Positions 20,260 through 30,762 are shown, numbered from the stretch's first letter. The stretch: DNA of 64,000 bases from a bacterium (GCA_043719295.1 JAYSUD010000005.1:98077-162076); one strand, 5' to 3'. The notes: generated by a model not told the origin, from the letters alone. A program made the numbers and translations.

Positions 20260-20514
20260 TTAAGAAGCCCAATTATTTTCATCAACAATGGGTTCTTGTG
20301 TGCCTTCAATCCACTCTTTTGCATCGCGGTTGTAGGCAATATCAGCAGCCATAGCTTTATAACCAGCTTCTAGGTCACTTAGAACTACATGTGGACGTGC
20401 TAGAGAACTAAGGTATGTTCCCATCCCCCGTGCACCAAATTTAGCCAACAGACCTAAATAGACTTGTCGATCAAGCATCAAGGTGACTTTCTGCTTTGCA
20501 ATTTTAGTATTCAT
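20260..20514 (-). CDS. putative antitoxin cognate to MazF-like toxin
   Basis: 84-aa ORF immediately upstream in the same operon; RHH-like N-terminus. Confidence 0.4.
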   Translation of the reverse strand: MNTKIAKQKVTLMLDRQVYLGLLAKFGARGMGTYLSSLARPHVVLSDLEAGYKAMAADIAYNRDAKEWIEGTQEPIVDENNWAS

Positions 20515-20580
20515 AATACGTAATAGTATACGTATTAATAATTACTGTCAATATAATGTCCCCACCTTGCACATCTAGTA

Positions 20581-20844
20581 TTAAAGCTTTACATGCTTAT
20601 GGAGAATTGAAGAAATGAGTGTTTGATAGGGAATACCTTCACGAGCTGCTGAAGCTTTGATCTTATTATAACTTTTCTCTGTTAACCGAATACTGATTGT
20701 TCTTGTTTTCTCGAGGGTATAGCGTGCAGCGGCAGCGTACTTAATTTTTTCAGCCTCAAGATCAGCCACAGGTGTATACTCACCCCGCTCGAAAGCGTCT
20801 TCAATTTCTTGTTCTTCAGGAGTTAATGCGAATTTATCTTTCAT
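20581..20844 (-). CDS. BrnA-family antitoxin
   Basis: C-terminal GIPYQTLISSILHKHV matches the BrnA (COG3514) signature. Confidence 0.6.
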   Translation of the reverse strand: MKDKFALTPEEQEIEDAFERGEYTPVADLEAEKIKYAAAARYTLEKTRTISIRLTEKSYNKIKASAAREGIPYQTLISSILHKHVKL

Positions 20845-20857
20845 ATATAAATGTTAA

Positions 20858-21121
20858 TTACTTTAAATACTTCTTTGTTGCGACTCTACTTGGATATACT
20901 GTCTTCAAGAAAAATTTTTCATCATCTTCCACAAACGGAACCTCGTATATATACCCATCAATATTTATAATAAATATCTTTTGATGCTCATATGGTGGAT
21001 GATTATCTACAATATCTAAATAATCACCCTGTTCAATATATGTCACACACAAATTGAACGAGATATCTCTATTCTCAATGAGCCACTGATTTTTTTCTTC
21101 ATTCCAATCAAAGTACTTCAC
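20858..21121 (-). CDS. BrnT-family toxin (DUF497/COG2929 ribonuclease)
   Basis: FDWNEEKNQWLIENRDISF BrnT-like N-terminus, upstream of brnA. Confidence 0.65.
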   Translation of the reverse strand: MKYFDWNEEKNQWLIENRDISFNLCVTYIEQGDYLDIVDNHPPYEHQKIFIINIDGYIYEVPFVEDDEKFFLKTVYPSRVATKKYLK

Positions 21122-21204
21122 ATTAATATTCTATACAATGTATATCAAATGTCAACATGATCTCATGAAAAGAGCTGAAAACCATACAAATGAGCTACAC
21201 CCTG

Positions 21205-22413
21205 TTAGATAGTATTAGTAAGGTTGTAAATTGGCATCAGAACTGATGCGAGCAAGATTCCAACTCCGAGTCCAAGCATTACAATCATCACTGGTTCAAT
21301 AAGGCCAATAAGCGTGTCTACTGCGTTATCAACTTCACGTCGATAGAACTTAGCTAGGGTATTTAAAATCTCAGGTAAGTTTCCTGTCTCCTCCCCTACT
21401 TTTGCCATTTGGGCTAGAACTCCAGGTATCTCAGGATACTCACCGATAGTATCAGCAAACGAACGGCCCCCTTTTACTTCTAAGAGTGTGAACATGAAAA
21501 TCTCTTTGTATACTTCGTTATCAACGACGTCTGCAGTTACTTCAATTGCTTGCACCATTGAGATTCCACTTGCAAGCATTGTTGCTAAGTTGTCACAAAT
21601 ACGGGTGAGGTAGAGTTTACGATTTAAGTCACCAATATACGGAATAGAAATCTTAAACTCATCGTACGCTCGTCGCCCGACGTCTGTTTTAAGAAACCTG
21701 AAGAGAAAGAACCCACCAATTGCCATCACCACAAGAATCACACCAATGTAGTTAGCGAAGAAATTTGATATTGCAAGCACAATCCGTGTGTAGATAGGAA
21801 GCTCTTGCCCAGAGTCTATCAGAATCTGACTAATACGAGGGATCACCATTGTGAACATGAGCCCCATTACCGCGACAAACGTACCAACAACAAACGCTGG
21901 ATACACCATCGCATTTTTGGCCTTTGTCACTACTTGATAGGTACGATCAAGGTAGTCTGCAAGATAGTTAAATGATTTTTCAAGTGATCCTGTTTCCTCT
22001 CCTGAACGAACCATGCTTACGTAGAACGTCGAGAAAATCTCTGGGTGTGCAGATAGTGCACGCGAAATAGAACTTCCCGCCTGCAGTTCGTCCCCAATAG
22101 TAGTTAAGACCGACTGGAGTTGTTTATTTTCTGACTCAGTTGCAAGGAGGCGGAAGATACGCAACGCTGAAACTTGTGCTTCAAAGAGTGTCGCCATCTG
22201 TCGAGACAAAATCACCACATCTTTATTCGATACACTATTAAACCAGTCAAATTGAATGTTAAGAATCGAATTTTTTTCTTCAACCGGATCAATAGCAACA
22301 ACTGTATATCCACGTTTTTGAACCGTGACAATGGCAGCATCAATGTTACTTGCTTCTACCGTTCCTTCTCGCGAAGCGTTATGTTGATCAATTGCTTTGT
22401 AGTTAAAGAGCAT
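21205..22413 (-). CDS. pilC: type IV pilus assembly platform protein PilC (GspF family)
   Basis: 402 aa; duplicated T2SS-F domains with 3 TM segments. Confidence 0.85.
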   Translation of the reverse strand: MLFNYKAIDQHNASREGTVEASNIDAAIVTVQKRGYTVVAIDPVEEKNSILNIQFDWFNSVSNKDVVILSRQMATLFEAQVSALRIFRLLATESENKQLQSVLTTIGDELQAGSSISRALSAHPEIFSTFYVSMVRSGEETGSLEKSFNYLADYLDRTYQVVTKAKNAMVYPAFVVGTFVAVMGLMFTMVIPRISQILIDSGQELPIYTRIVLAISNFFANYIGVILVVMAIGGFFLFRFLKTDVGRRAYDEFKISIPYIGDLNRKLYLTRICDNLATMLASGISMVQAIEVTADVVDNEVYKEIFMFTLLEVKGGRSFADTIGEYPEIPGVLAQMAKVGEETGNLPEILNTLAKFYRREVDNAVDTLIGLIEPVMIVMLGLGVGILLASVLMPIYNLTNTI

Positions 22414-22694
22414 GTTAGATTTTATTATGAGCGAAGCGAATTATAAACATCTTACACCCTGCCCCATTTTTTGACGAGTCTTTATTGCAACAGTTTTCTA
22501 TTCGAGTATTCATATTTGAAACATTCATTGGTGTAAAAAGAGAAAATGGGGCGGGTAAATTCGAGCATCTGCATTTTCTTTCGTTTTACTCATAAAATAA
22601 TAGAGCCTATTTACTACCAAGTGAGCGAGCAAAGTAGAAAACATTCTTGTTTTCTTCTTTTAAGCGATCGCAGGTAGAAAGATTGTTCATACTC

Positions 22695-23765
22695 TTACAT
22701 CAGTCGTTCAAGTCCTTTTGGATTAACCGAGTATGCAAATGCATTCTCAACGGTGATTACACCCTTTTGTACCATCTGTACCAGTGATCTATTCATGTCA
22801 ATCATACCATGCTCAAGACCTGTCTCAATAATAGTCTGCACTTCATGGGTTCTGTTTTCACGAATCAAGTTTGCAACCGCACTATTGTTGATAAGGAGTT
22901 CGTATGCAGGAACGAGTCCACCAGAAATAGACGGAATCAGACGCTGTGAAAAGATTCCCGTAAGTGATCCTGCAAGCTGTGCCCGAATCTGTCCTTGTTG
23001 GGCTGCTGGAAATGAGTCAATGATACGATCAATTGTTTGTGCAGCGTTGTTAGTATGAAGTGTTGAAAGTACCAAGTGCCCCGTTTCTGCTGCGGTAACT
23101 GCAGTTGCAATAGTTTCTGCATTACGCATTTCTCCAACTAAGATAACATCAACGTCCTGTCGGAAGACAGCAGTAAGCGCGGTTTGAAAACTGTCGGTAT
23201 CAACTCCTACTTCTCGTTGCACAATAAGCGATTTCTTTGGTTCGTAAATATATTCAATTGGATCTTCGATAGTCACAATGTGCTGCGCGAAATTTTGATT
23301 AATGAGCTCAACCATTGAAGCAAGGGTGGTTGACTTCCCTTGCCCTACCGGGCCCACACAAAGGAAAAACCCCTGTGGTCGCTGTGTGAATGTCTCTAAG
23401 ATGCTCGGAAGCCCTAGCTCCTCAAGTGTTCGGATACTGTCAGGGATAAGTCGAAGTGCAATTGCTTTTGTACCATTTTGAAAAAAACCGTTACCACGAA
23501 ATCGAACTCCATCTTGGTGCGCATATGAAAAGTCCACTTCAAATGTTTCAAGGTAACTCTTGTACTTTTGTTCACTCATCAAGGTCCGAGCAAATCCATC
23601 AACGTCTTCATTGGTCAAAATTGGTTTTTTAATGAGTGGAATGAGTGAGCCTGTGATACGTACAATAGGATGTGAGCCTGTACTCAAGTGCAAGTCAGAG
23701 CCTTTTTCCGCATGAAGTATCTCAATAAGTTCTTTTAGTTCTCGTTTGTAATCAACTGATGCCAT
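22695..23765 (-). CDS. pilT: type IV pilus retraction ATPase PilT
   Basis: Walker A GPVGQGKST; Asp box, His box; ~355 aa, PilT-size. Confidence 0.85.
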   Translation of the reverse strand: MASVDYKRELKELIEILHAEKGSDLHLSTGSHPIVRITGSLIPLIKKPILTNEDVDGFARTLMSEQKYKSYLETFEVDFSYAHQDGVRFRGNGFFQNGTKAIALRLIPDSIRTLEELGLPSILETFTQRPQGFFLCVGPVGQGKSTTLASMVELINQNFAQHIVTIEDPIEYIYEPKKSLIVQREVGVDTDSFQTALTAVFRQDVDVILVGEMRNAETIATAVTAAETGHLVLSTLHTNNAAQTIDRIIDSFPAAQQGQIRAQLAGSLTGIFSQRLIPSISGGLVPAYELLINNSAVANLIRENRTHEVQTIIETGLEHGMIDMNRSLVQMVQKGVITVENAFAYSVNPKGLERLM

Positions 23766-23775
23766 ATAAATAAAA

Positions 23776-24138
23776 TTATGAAACAATGGTGTGCACTTTT
23801 GCTACTACTTCACTTGGAATTAAATCTGCTTTAATAATATACCCTACTGCGCCTTGTGCATATGCGGCGGTAATATCACTTTCTTCACCTTGGTTTGAAA
23901 GTACAATACATTTTGCACTTGGTGCAATATTTTTATCTTTTATCTCTTTTAAAAGCTCTACACCACTCATCCCTGGCATCACCATATCCATAATGATGAC
24001 ATCAAAGGCTTCAGAACCAAGTTGTAACAGCGCATGTTTGCCGTCTTCTGCACTCTTAACTTCATCTCCATATTCTGAAAATTTTGTTGCGTACATATCA
24101 CGCAAAAAGATGTCATCATCAACAAGTAAAATCTTCAT
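23776..24138 (-). CDS. single-domain response regulator (CheY/PilH-like receiver)
   Basis: MKILLVDDD...D54...K receiver-domain pattern; 120 aa. Confidence 0.75.
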   Translation of the reverse strand: MKILLVDDDIFLRDMYATKFSEYGDEVKSAEDGKHALLQLGSEAFDVIIMDMVMPGMSGVELLKEIKDKNIAPSAKCIVLSNQGEESDITAAYAQGAVGYIIKADLIPSEVVAKVHTIVS

Positions 24139-24147
24139 TACTGTGTA

Positions 24148-25971
24148 TTATACTTGAGTTAGATCTTCAATTGGTGAGTTATTGACAGGCACGACTTCTT
24201 CAAGCTCTTGATCCATCGCGTTTTCAAGTCCAATCTTTGTACCAAAGTTGTTAATTTCTTCGTACGGGATGACGTGATCAAGCGCCTTGATGATGGCATC
24301 TTCTTTCATGCTCATAAAACCATTTTTCCGAGCAATTGCGAGGATGTCTTCTTCAGATCCATTCTTGAGAATCTGTTCTTGGATTTCACTTGAGATTTCA
24401 AGTACCTCCATAACTGCAGAGCGGCCTTTTGTTCCTGAAGCACATCCTGACGTTGCTTCAGGATGCATGACTGACTTCCCTGTCGGAACTAAGTGTCGAT
24501 ATTTTTCTGGAAGTGTTTTGAACTCCTCATCAATCATCATTTGAAGTGACGTATCAACAGGAACTTCCTTACCTGTGTTAGGACATAAACGTCGTGCGAG
24601 TCGTTGCGCAATAGCAAGCTTCAACGTAGGTGCAATCAAATACGGATCAACACCCATATCAATCAAACGTGGCACAACTCCAATTGAGTTGTTGGTGTGA
24701 ATTGTTGAAAGTACCAAGTGCCCTGTAAGCGCAGCTTGTACCGCAAGTTGTGCTGTTTCTTTATCACGAATCTCTCCTACCATAATAACGTCGGGGTCTT
24801 GACGTAACGCACTTCGAAGTCCATTGGCGAATGTGTACCCAATCTCAGGACGGACTTGTGACTGACTTACTCCTTTGATGTTGTACTCAATAGGGTCTTC
24901 AAGCGAAAGTACGTTTTTTGAAACACAGTCAACTTCAGACAACATCGCATAGAGCGTTGTTGATTTACCACTTCCTGTTGGTCCCGAGATAAGGATTATC
25001 CCATACGGTTCTTTAAGCATTCTCCTAATAGTTTGAAGATTATGGGGTGAGATTCCTGTGTCTTCAAGCGTACTTACCCCTTTGATGTTATCAAGAATAC
25101 GCATTACCACTTTTTCACCATAGTTTGTTGGCAGAATTGATACACGAAAGTCAATCTTGCGACCATCAAACGTTGAGGAGAAACGCCCGTCTTGTGGCTT
25201 ACGCTTTTCATCAAGACGCATGGACGATAAAATCTTCACACGTGCAACAACAGCTGCTTGCACATTTTTTGGCAACTCAAGACTTTTCGCAAGAATACCG
25301 TCAACTCGAAATCGCACAACCACATTTGCATCAGTTGGTTCAATGTGAATGTCAGACGCTGCTCCATCAATCGCGTAACGCAAAATGGTTGCAACAATTT
25401 TTGTAACAGGAGCATCCTCTTTGATATGTTGCAGGTTTTCTTCTGCCTTAGCATCAATATCCTCGCCAGTTAATGCAGCGAGATCTTTATCACTCTTAGT
25501 TGTATCAAGTGATCCTAATGCCTCACCTATCTCTCCGCTTAGAGACTCATACGACTCTAGTACTTTTTCAATATCAGATTCCAATACAAATACCAGCTTA
25601 GAAGGTAGATCATACTGCAGACTAATAAAGTTTAAGACCTCACGGACTTTTAAGTTATCCGGGTTGTTTGCCCCAATGATAAGTACACTATCTTCGATTT
25701 TAAGGGGTACAATCTGATAATGTCGAGCAGACTCTTCAGGTAAGTATTGCAATATCTCATGGGGAACCGACTCATCTTTTCCAATTAAGTATCCAGGTAC
25801 ACCAAACTCTTCGGCAAATGCATTGAGTACAACTTCTTTTGGCACCTCTTTCTGCAAAAGAGCTCTCTCAAGAGAAAAACCTAAATCGTTACTTTTAGCA
25901 CCAATCTCCAAAGAATCTTCTTCTGTTATTGCGCCCGATTGTAAGAGACGTTCGAGTACATCCATACACAA
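24148..25971 (-). CDS. pilB: type IV pilus assembly ATPase PilB (GspE family)
   Basis: Walker A GPTGSGKST; tetracysteine motif; N-terminal GSPII domain. Confidence 0.85.
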   Translation of the reverse strand: MCMDVLERLLQSGAITEEDSLEIGAKSNDLGFSLERALLQKEVPKEVVLNAFAEEFGVPGYLIGKDESVPHEILQYLPEESARHYQIVPLKIEDSVLIIGANNPDNLKVREVLNFISLQYDLPSKLVFVLESDIEKVLESYESLSGEIGEALGSLDTTKSDKDLAALTGEDIDAKAEENLQHIKEDAPVTKIVATILRYAIDGAASDIHIEPTDANVVVRFRVDGILAKSLELPKNVQAAVVARVKILSSMRLDEKRKPQDGRFSSTFDGRKIDFRVSILPTNYGEKVVMRILDNIKGVSTLEDTGISPHNLQTIRRMLKEPYGIILISGPTGSGKSTTLYAMLSEVDCVSKNVLSLEDPIEYNIKGVSQSQVRPEIGYTFANGLRSALRQDPDVIMVGEIRDKETAQLAVQAALTGHLVLSTIHTNNSIGVVPRLIDMGVDPYLIAPTLKLAIAQRLARRLCPNTGKEVPVDTSLQMMIDEEFKTLPEKYRHLVPTGKSVMHPEATSGCASGTKGRSAVMEVLEISSEIQEQILKNGSEEDILAIARKNGFMSMKEDAIIKALDHVIPYEEINNFGTKIGLENAMDQELEEVVPVNNSPIEDLTQV

Positions 25972-26259
25972 TTAATTTACTTCAAATGGGTTTTGACTTC
26001 CAACTGGTTCAGCGCTTACGTTAGGTGTAACATTCTTTAGCGAAGCAAAACGGGGATCATAAAATATTTCGCCATTGAGCTCAACTGCCGATAATTCATT
26101 AAGACGACTCAAGATTTGGGCACTTTCAATTTCAAGATTATCTGCAAGAGGACTAGTAGTAAGTGTTGCCAGAGAATTTTGCTTGTAGAGGTAATAGCCA
26201 AGTGCAACAGTCCCCACAAGGCCTAAGAGTATAAATAAGTTTTTAAGTAATGAAGTCAT
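25972..26259 (-). CDS. hypothetical small membrane protein in the PilP position of the pilMNOP operon
   Basis: single TM; location only. Confidence 0.3.
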   Translation of the reverse strand: MTSLLKNLFILLGLVGTVALGYYLYKQNSLATLTTSPLADNLEIESAQILSRLNELSAVELNGEIFYDPRFASLKNVTPNVSAEPVGSQNPFEVN

Positions 26260-26263
26260 ATGA

Positions 26264-26914
26264 TTATGATGAGGGAGTAAGACCAAATGCGCGAAGTGTT
26301 AATTCAAAGTTATACTCACCATTTTTTCTACTTTGTGTCTCTGTGTTTGCGCCAGTTTGGCCACCTCCCGTTGCGGGCTTGAGAGTGAATTCAACAACTT
26401 CGAGCAATGCAGGATTAGCTTCAATTTGCGCGAGTGCATTTTTCATGTCTTCATAAGAACTTGAAAACATCACTTTGATGTCGCGTGAATAGATGCCTGA
26501 TGTAATAGTTGGCTTCACTGTCTCCATAACAGTACCATCAGCATTGTATACAATCTCTTCTTCTACTGATGCTTCAGAGAAGGGTGCAATTTCTTCAGCA
26601 ACAGTCATCGACGTAGGAAGTATGTTTGTTCCAAGAAGGATACTTTCAAGGTCGTGCATAATCGCAATCTCATCAATAGAGAGTGGAATAAATTTCTCAA
26701 GTGATACTAATCCTTCTTGTGGAAATGACTCTTTGGTTGCAAGGAGCTCCTGAAGCCGTTCGTTATATTGTGAAGCTTTATCTACCGCATCGCTATATTT
26801 AAAGATATCGTCTTGAATTGCTTTAGTATCTTCAAACTTTGGCATGACATAGGTAAATATGATGACACATGCTGCGCCAATGAGTACCACCTGCATGAGT
26901 AATGAGTATTTCAT
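26264..26914 (-). CDS. PilO-like pilus assembly protein
   Basis: N-terminal TM plus coiled-coil, operon position after PilN-like. Confidence 0.5.
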   Translation of the reverse strand: MKYSLLMQVVLIGAACVIIFTYVMPKFEDTKAIQDDIFKYSDAVDKASQYNERLQELLATKESFPQEGLVSLEKFIPLSIDEIAIMHDLESILLGTNILPTSMTVAEEIAPFSEASVEEEIVYNADGTVMETVKPTITSGIYSRDIKVMFSSSYEDMKNALAQIEANPALLEVVEFTLKPATGGGQTGANTETQSRKNGEYNFELTLRAFGLTPSS

Positions 26915-26918
26915 ATAG

Positions 26919-27674
26919 TTATTGTATGCTTGTGTCTACCTCTGAGGTTGTGTCAGTTGACACATTGTCAGTAGAATCAGTACTATTTTGTTCTGCAGAA
27001 TCAGAAGTAGTGTCTTGATTTTGTTCTACTGTTACATCGCTATTTTCTACTACTTGTGGAGCATAGTTCACTAATGTAGGGTCAATGTCAGAAGAAATTT
27101 CAAATGCAATTACAGGATCATCTTGCGTTTCTCTTTGACCGTCTTTCTCAACATCGTCTGATACTTCACCAGCTATTTCTACCTTAGTGAAGGTGGCTTG
27201 AGCCAAGACAGGGTTTAAATCAAGTACTTCCCGTTGGAAGAGTACGCTATTGAAACTTCTTGCTTCACCTTTAAGTGTGATTAGAGGCGCAGCGTCGCTC
27301 ACTCGTTTGTAATCAAAAGAAGTTAGGGTTAAAGATTCAAGTGCACTATTTTCAATGGCACCAAAAATACGCGGAAGTGAGATATGCGCATCCATCTTTG
27401 CTTCTGCAGTATTAATAAGTTGCTCAAGTCGTAGAACACTTTCAATTTCACCTTGTCCAAACTTACTCTGTTCCTGGGTAAGTTTCGTCTTTTCTACATT
27501 TACTTTTGCCTCAAGCGTGTAGGTGTATAAGAAGACTGCTGCTGCAGATACGATTGCCCCAAAGAATAAAACATACGCAACGTACGAGAGTATATATATT
27601 TTACGTACACCTCGATTTTGTACGTTACCTTGCGTTGGACGCTTGGGTATAAAAGAAGTATTTTGAGGGTTCAT
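26919..27674 (-). CDS. PilN-like pilus assembly protein
   Basis: N-terminal TM plus coiled-coil downstream of pilM; acidic S/T-rich tail. Confidence 0.5.
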   Translation of the reverse strand: MNPQNTSFIPKRPTQGNVQNRGVRKIYILSYVAYVLFFGAIVSAAAVFLYTYTLEAKVNVEKTKLTQEQSKFGQGEIESVLRLEQLINTAEAKMDAHISLPRIFGAIENSALESLTLTSFDYKRVSDAAPLITLKGEARSFNSVLFQREVLDLNPVLAQATFTKVEIAGEVSDDVEKDGQRETQDDPVIAFEISSDIDPTLVNYAPQVVENSDVTVEQNQDTTSDSAEQNSTDSTDNVSTDTTSEVDTSIQ

Positions 27675-27735
27675 ATTCTCTCTTAGTATACGTGAGCATA
27701 CTTACATCATAGTTTCATCTGTGTGGATAAGAGCG

Positions 27736-28824
27736 CTACTGTTCAAATGATTGAAGTGCTGCTCCAAGTGCAACTGTAAACACAGGGGCAATGGAAGTGA
27801 GTGTATCTTCCATAAATGCCGGATATGCAATTTTATTAAACGGATTAGTGATTTCTACTTGTGCATCAAGTGCATACGAAAGTAAGGGGACAAAATCAGT
27901 GTGTAGTGATGCTCCGCCAGTTGCAACAACACGACTCACCTTCTTTCCTGTTCGTGTTTGATACTGATCAAGTACACGTTTGAACTCTTGGAACGTACGG
28001 TCAAAAGCGGTACTCATAATTTTTTTAATCAATTGGCCGTCTTCACTTTGCCCATCTGCGCTCCGTTTAATATTTTCAGCATCTTCAAATGAAATATTTT
28101 TCTGTTTGGCAAGTGAGGAAGTTACGTACGACCCTCCAGTTTGGACCCTATGGATTCTGCATAAAAAACCACCCTCAGCGATGTATAGCTTGCTTGTTTT
28201 AGCTCCAATATCAATAACAGCAATGGAACTATCAGAGTCTTTTGTTACTGCCCGCAATGTACTGAAAATCTCAAGCTCAGAACGTCGTGAAGCCATGGAA
28301 ACGGATTCTCCGAGCGCATTCATTTCCCGAAGTGCTTCGTTTAAGATTGCGACAAGAAGTACCTCGCGGGTTAAATTATCTTTTTTTCCTTCTTGAGCCA
28401 ATTCTGACCACTCAAGCGCGACATCAGTAAGTGGCACGGGGATGTATTTCCGTGCTTCAACATGAACACGAGGAGTAATATCTTCCCCCGCTTTTGCTTG
28501 GAGTGGAATAATCGTGACAAAACTATCAGATAGTGGTAACGCAAGTGCGCCTGTTTTTGCAGTAACTCCTGACTCACGAAGCACGTCAACAAGCGCTTCG
28601 ATGCGCTTTTGAAGTGGCAACTTCACTGCATTTCCTAATCCCGATTCACCATACGGACCAAGTTGTAATTCACCATAGGTTGATAATGAAAGCACACCCT
28701 CACTCTTTTCTACTTCAACAACTTTAATTGAAGATGAACCAAAATCAATCCCAACCACCTTAGAAGCAAGTGGTGGAGTCACTTTAGAAACAGATGAAAA
28801 AACTTTTTTGAAATCAAACGCCAT
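27736..28824 (-). CDS. pilM: type IV pilus assembly protein PilM (actin-like ATPase)
   Basis: VVGIDFGSSSIKVV actin-fold phosphate-1 motif. Confidence 0.8.
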   Translation of the reverse strand: MAFDFKKVFSSVSKVTPPLASKVVGIDFGSSSIKVVEVEKSEGVLSLSTYGELQLGPYGESGLGNAVKLPLQKRIEALVDVLRESGVTAKTGALALPLSDSFVTIIPLQAKAGEDITPRVHVEARKYIPVPLTDVALEWSELAQEGKKDNLTREVLLVAILNEALREMNALGESVSMASRRSELEIFSTLRAVTKDSDSSIAVIDIGAKTSKLYIAEGGFLCRIHRVQTGGSYVTSSLAKQKNISFEDAENIKRSADGQSEDGQLIKKIMSTAFDRTFQEFKRVLDQYQTRTGKKVSRVVATGGASLHTDFVPLLSYALDAQVEITNPFNKIAYPAFMEDTLTSIAPVFTVALGAALQSFEQ

Positions 28825-28850
28825 ACTGCTCTTATTCTAGCATCATCTCT

Positions 28851-29483
28851 ATGTATACTTATAGTATGAAAAAGCTCTACCTGAGGATACTTGATGTGCT
28901 ATTTCCGCAAGGAGATGATGAGAAACTTCTTGCGCGCACAACAAACGAGCACTTTATTCAAAAATTCCTCCATGCAAAAGAAGATACTGTAGTCTATCTC
29001 TCTTCATTTAAAGATCTTCAGATACGCGCTGCGCTACACCTAAATAAGTTTCATAAAAACACCCGTGCCCGAGAGCTACTTGCACAACTGTTGACTTTGT
29101 ACCTAACGCAACTACCAAAGAAAGAGTACCTTCTGATACCCATTCCCCTTTCAAGCAAGCGAGAACGTAAACGAGGATATAATCAAGTAACCATCATTGC
29201 AGAAGCAGCACTTTTACAGTGCAACCTGCCTGTACATCTGACAACACATATCTTACAAAGAAACCGTGATACTAAACCACAAACTTCACTTCATAAAGAG
29301 GCTCGACTTACAAATCTCGCTGGTGCATTTTCTGTCTCGCAAAAAGAAAGTCAAAGCCTAAAGGGTGCACACATCATTTTACTTGATGACGTTACTACAA
29401 CAGGAGCAACGTTACATGAAGCAAAAGCTGTGCTTTTGCTTCATCATCCTTCTTCGGTTACGTGCGTTGCTATTGCCCGGTAA
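28851..29483 (+). CDS. comFC: ComF-family phosphoribosyltransferase-domain competence protein
   Basis: PRTase motif ILLDDVTTTGATL. Confidence 0.75.
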   Translation: MYTYSMKKLYLRILDVLFPQGDDEKLLARTTNEHFIQKFLHAKEDTVVYLSSFKDLQIRAALHLNKFHKNTRARELLAQLLTLYLTQLPKKEYLLIPIPLSSKRERKRGYNQVTIIAEAALLQCNLPVHLTTHILQRNRDTKPQTSLHKEARLTNLAGAFSVSQKESQSLKGAHIILLDDVTTTGATLHEAKAVLLLHHPSSVTCVAIAR

Positions 29484-29741
29484 TGTTGGTTTATACCATG
29501 GCACACGTGTTGGTTGTGCAACAAAAATTTTTATTCATCTTACAGAAAGTAGGTCTTATAAAATATTTTTTGCACGCCTCCTATTACACTCAGTGTATAG
29601 ACCCAGCAAAATCCTAAAACTTGTAAAAGTGAGTGCAATTCGAGACGCACAAACAAAATAGGACGAGTCGTACGCATAGTACGGTGAGGAGTATTTTCGT
29701 GCAGTGTAACGAAGAAGTGTACCGCTTTTACAAGTTTTATA

Positions 29742-30014
29742 TTACTCAATAATAGAAGCCATTACTGCCTGAATCATATTTCCGGTTTGTGGCGATACGG
29801 CGAAATGGAGCGTGAGCGAAGTAATGAGTGCCACAAGGACAGTTGCGCCAAGTGCCGTCCCCATTCCACGGATAAACCCATGGACAAAAATAAACCCAAG
29901 TGAGTTTTGACGTCGAAGTGCGATATCAATCTCAGCAAGAACTGGTTCTAAATTATTTTCAGTCTTCTTTTTTTGCATACACAGATGATACCATTTGATT
30001 TTGTAATACCGCAC
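29742..30014 (-). CDS. hypothetical small membrane protein
   Basis: ORF only. Confidence 0.25.
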   Translation of the reverse strand: MRYYKIKWYHLCMQKKKTENNLEPVLAEIDIALRRQNSLGFIFVHGFIRGMGTALGATVLVALITSLTLHFAVSPQTGNMIQAVMASIIE

Positions 30015-30092
30015 ACAATTTTTTAGGAGGTGTGGAAAGAGAAAATGAGCTGTCTGTGTATACCCTTTCCTATTGATACAATATAATGTACC

Positions 30093-30650
30093 TCAAACAA
30101 CATCAACCAACTCAGGGAATGCATCTGTGCCCATTTCGATTGTAATGTAATGCCCATGATTGGGTAATTCAGTCACTTTGCAATCTAATTTTGTAGTGAT
30201 TATATTTCTGCTTGTTGTACCATCCTTATCTTCAGTATTAGAGGAGAATACAATTCTTTCACCAACTCTTTCTTTTATGCTTTCATCAATTTTAAAATTG
30301 TAAAAATCTTGAATAGACTTACTATCACTTTTGGTGACAAAATTTGGTGCAACCATAATTAGCTTAGCAATGGATATTTTAGTTTCTCCAAGCCACCGCA
30401 CCAGAAACGCACATCCTCGACTATGCCCAATGAGCACTGAATCTTCATCTACTCTATATTTTTCAAACTCAGTTTTCCATTCTGCATATTCACAATTCCA
30501 AGGATTCGGCATTGATGGAGTAATAGTGATTATCCCATTGCTTTCAAGTTTAGATTTAACCCATGGTAACCAATACATTGTATGAATATGATGAGGTGTT
30601 TCTTCCTTATCAGATAGAGGTCCCCCGTGAATGATAATGCAGGTTTTCAT
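30093..30650 (-). CDS. alpha/beta hydrolase (YdeN/RBBP9-like serine hydrolase)
   Basis: GHSRG nucleophile elbow. Confidence 0.6.
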   Translation of the reverse strand: MKTCIIIHGGPLSDKEETPHHIHTMYWLPWVKSKLESNGIITITPSMPNPWNCEYAEWKTEFEKYRVDEDSVLIGHSRGCAFLVRWLGETKISIAKLIMVAPNFVTKSDSKSIQDFYNFKIDESIKERVGERIVFSSNTEDKDGTTSRNIITTKLDCKVTELPNHGHYITIEMGTDAFPELVDVV

Positions 30651-30762
30651 GTACGAATTAGTGTAGCAAAATTCTGGAAGATGAGGGAATTTCTACCCTT
30701 ACAGGGTCAGTACCCCGATTGGATATTTTAGTTCGCTTCGCTCCTAAACTATCTCAATCTGG

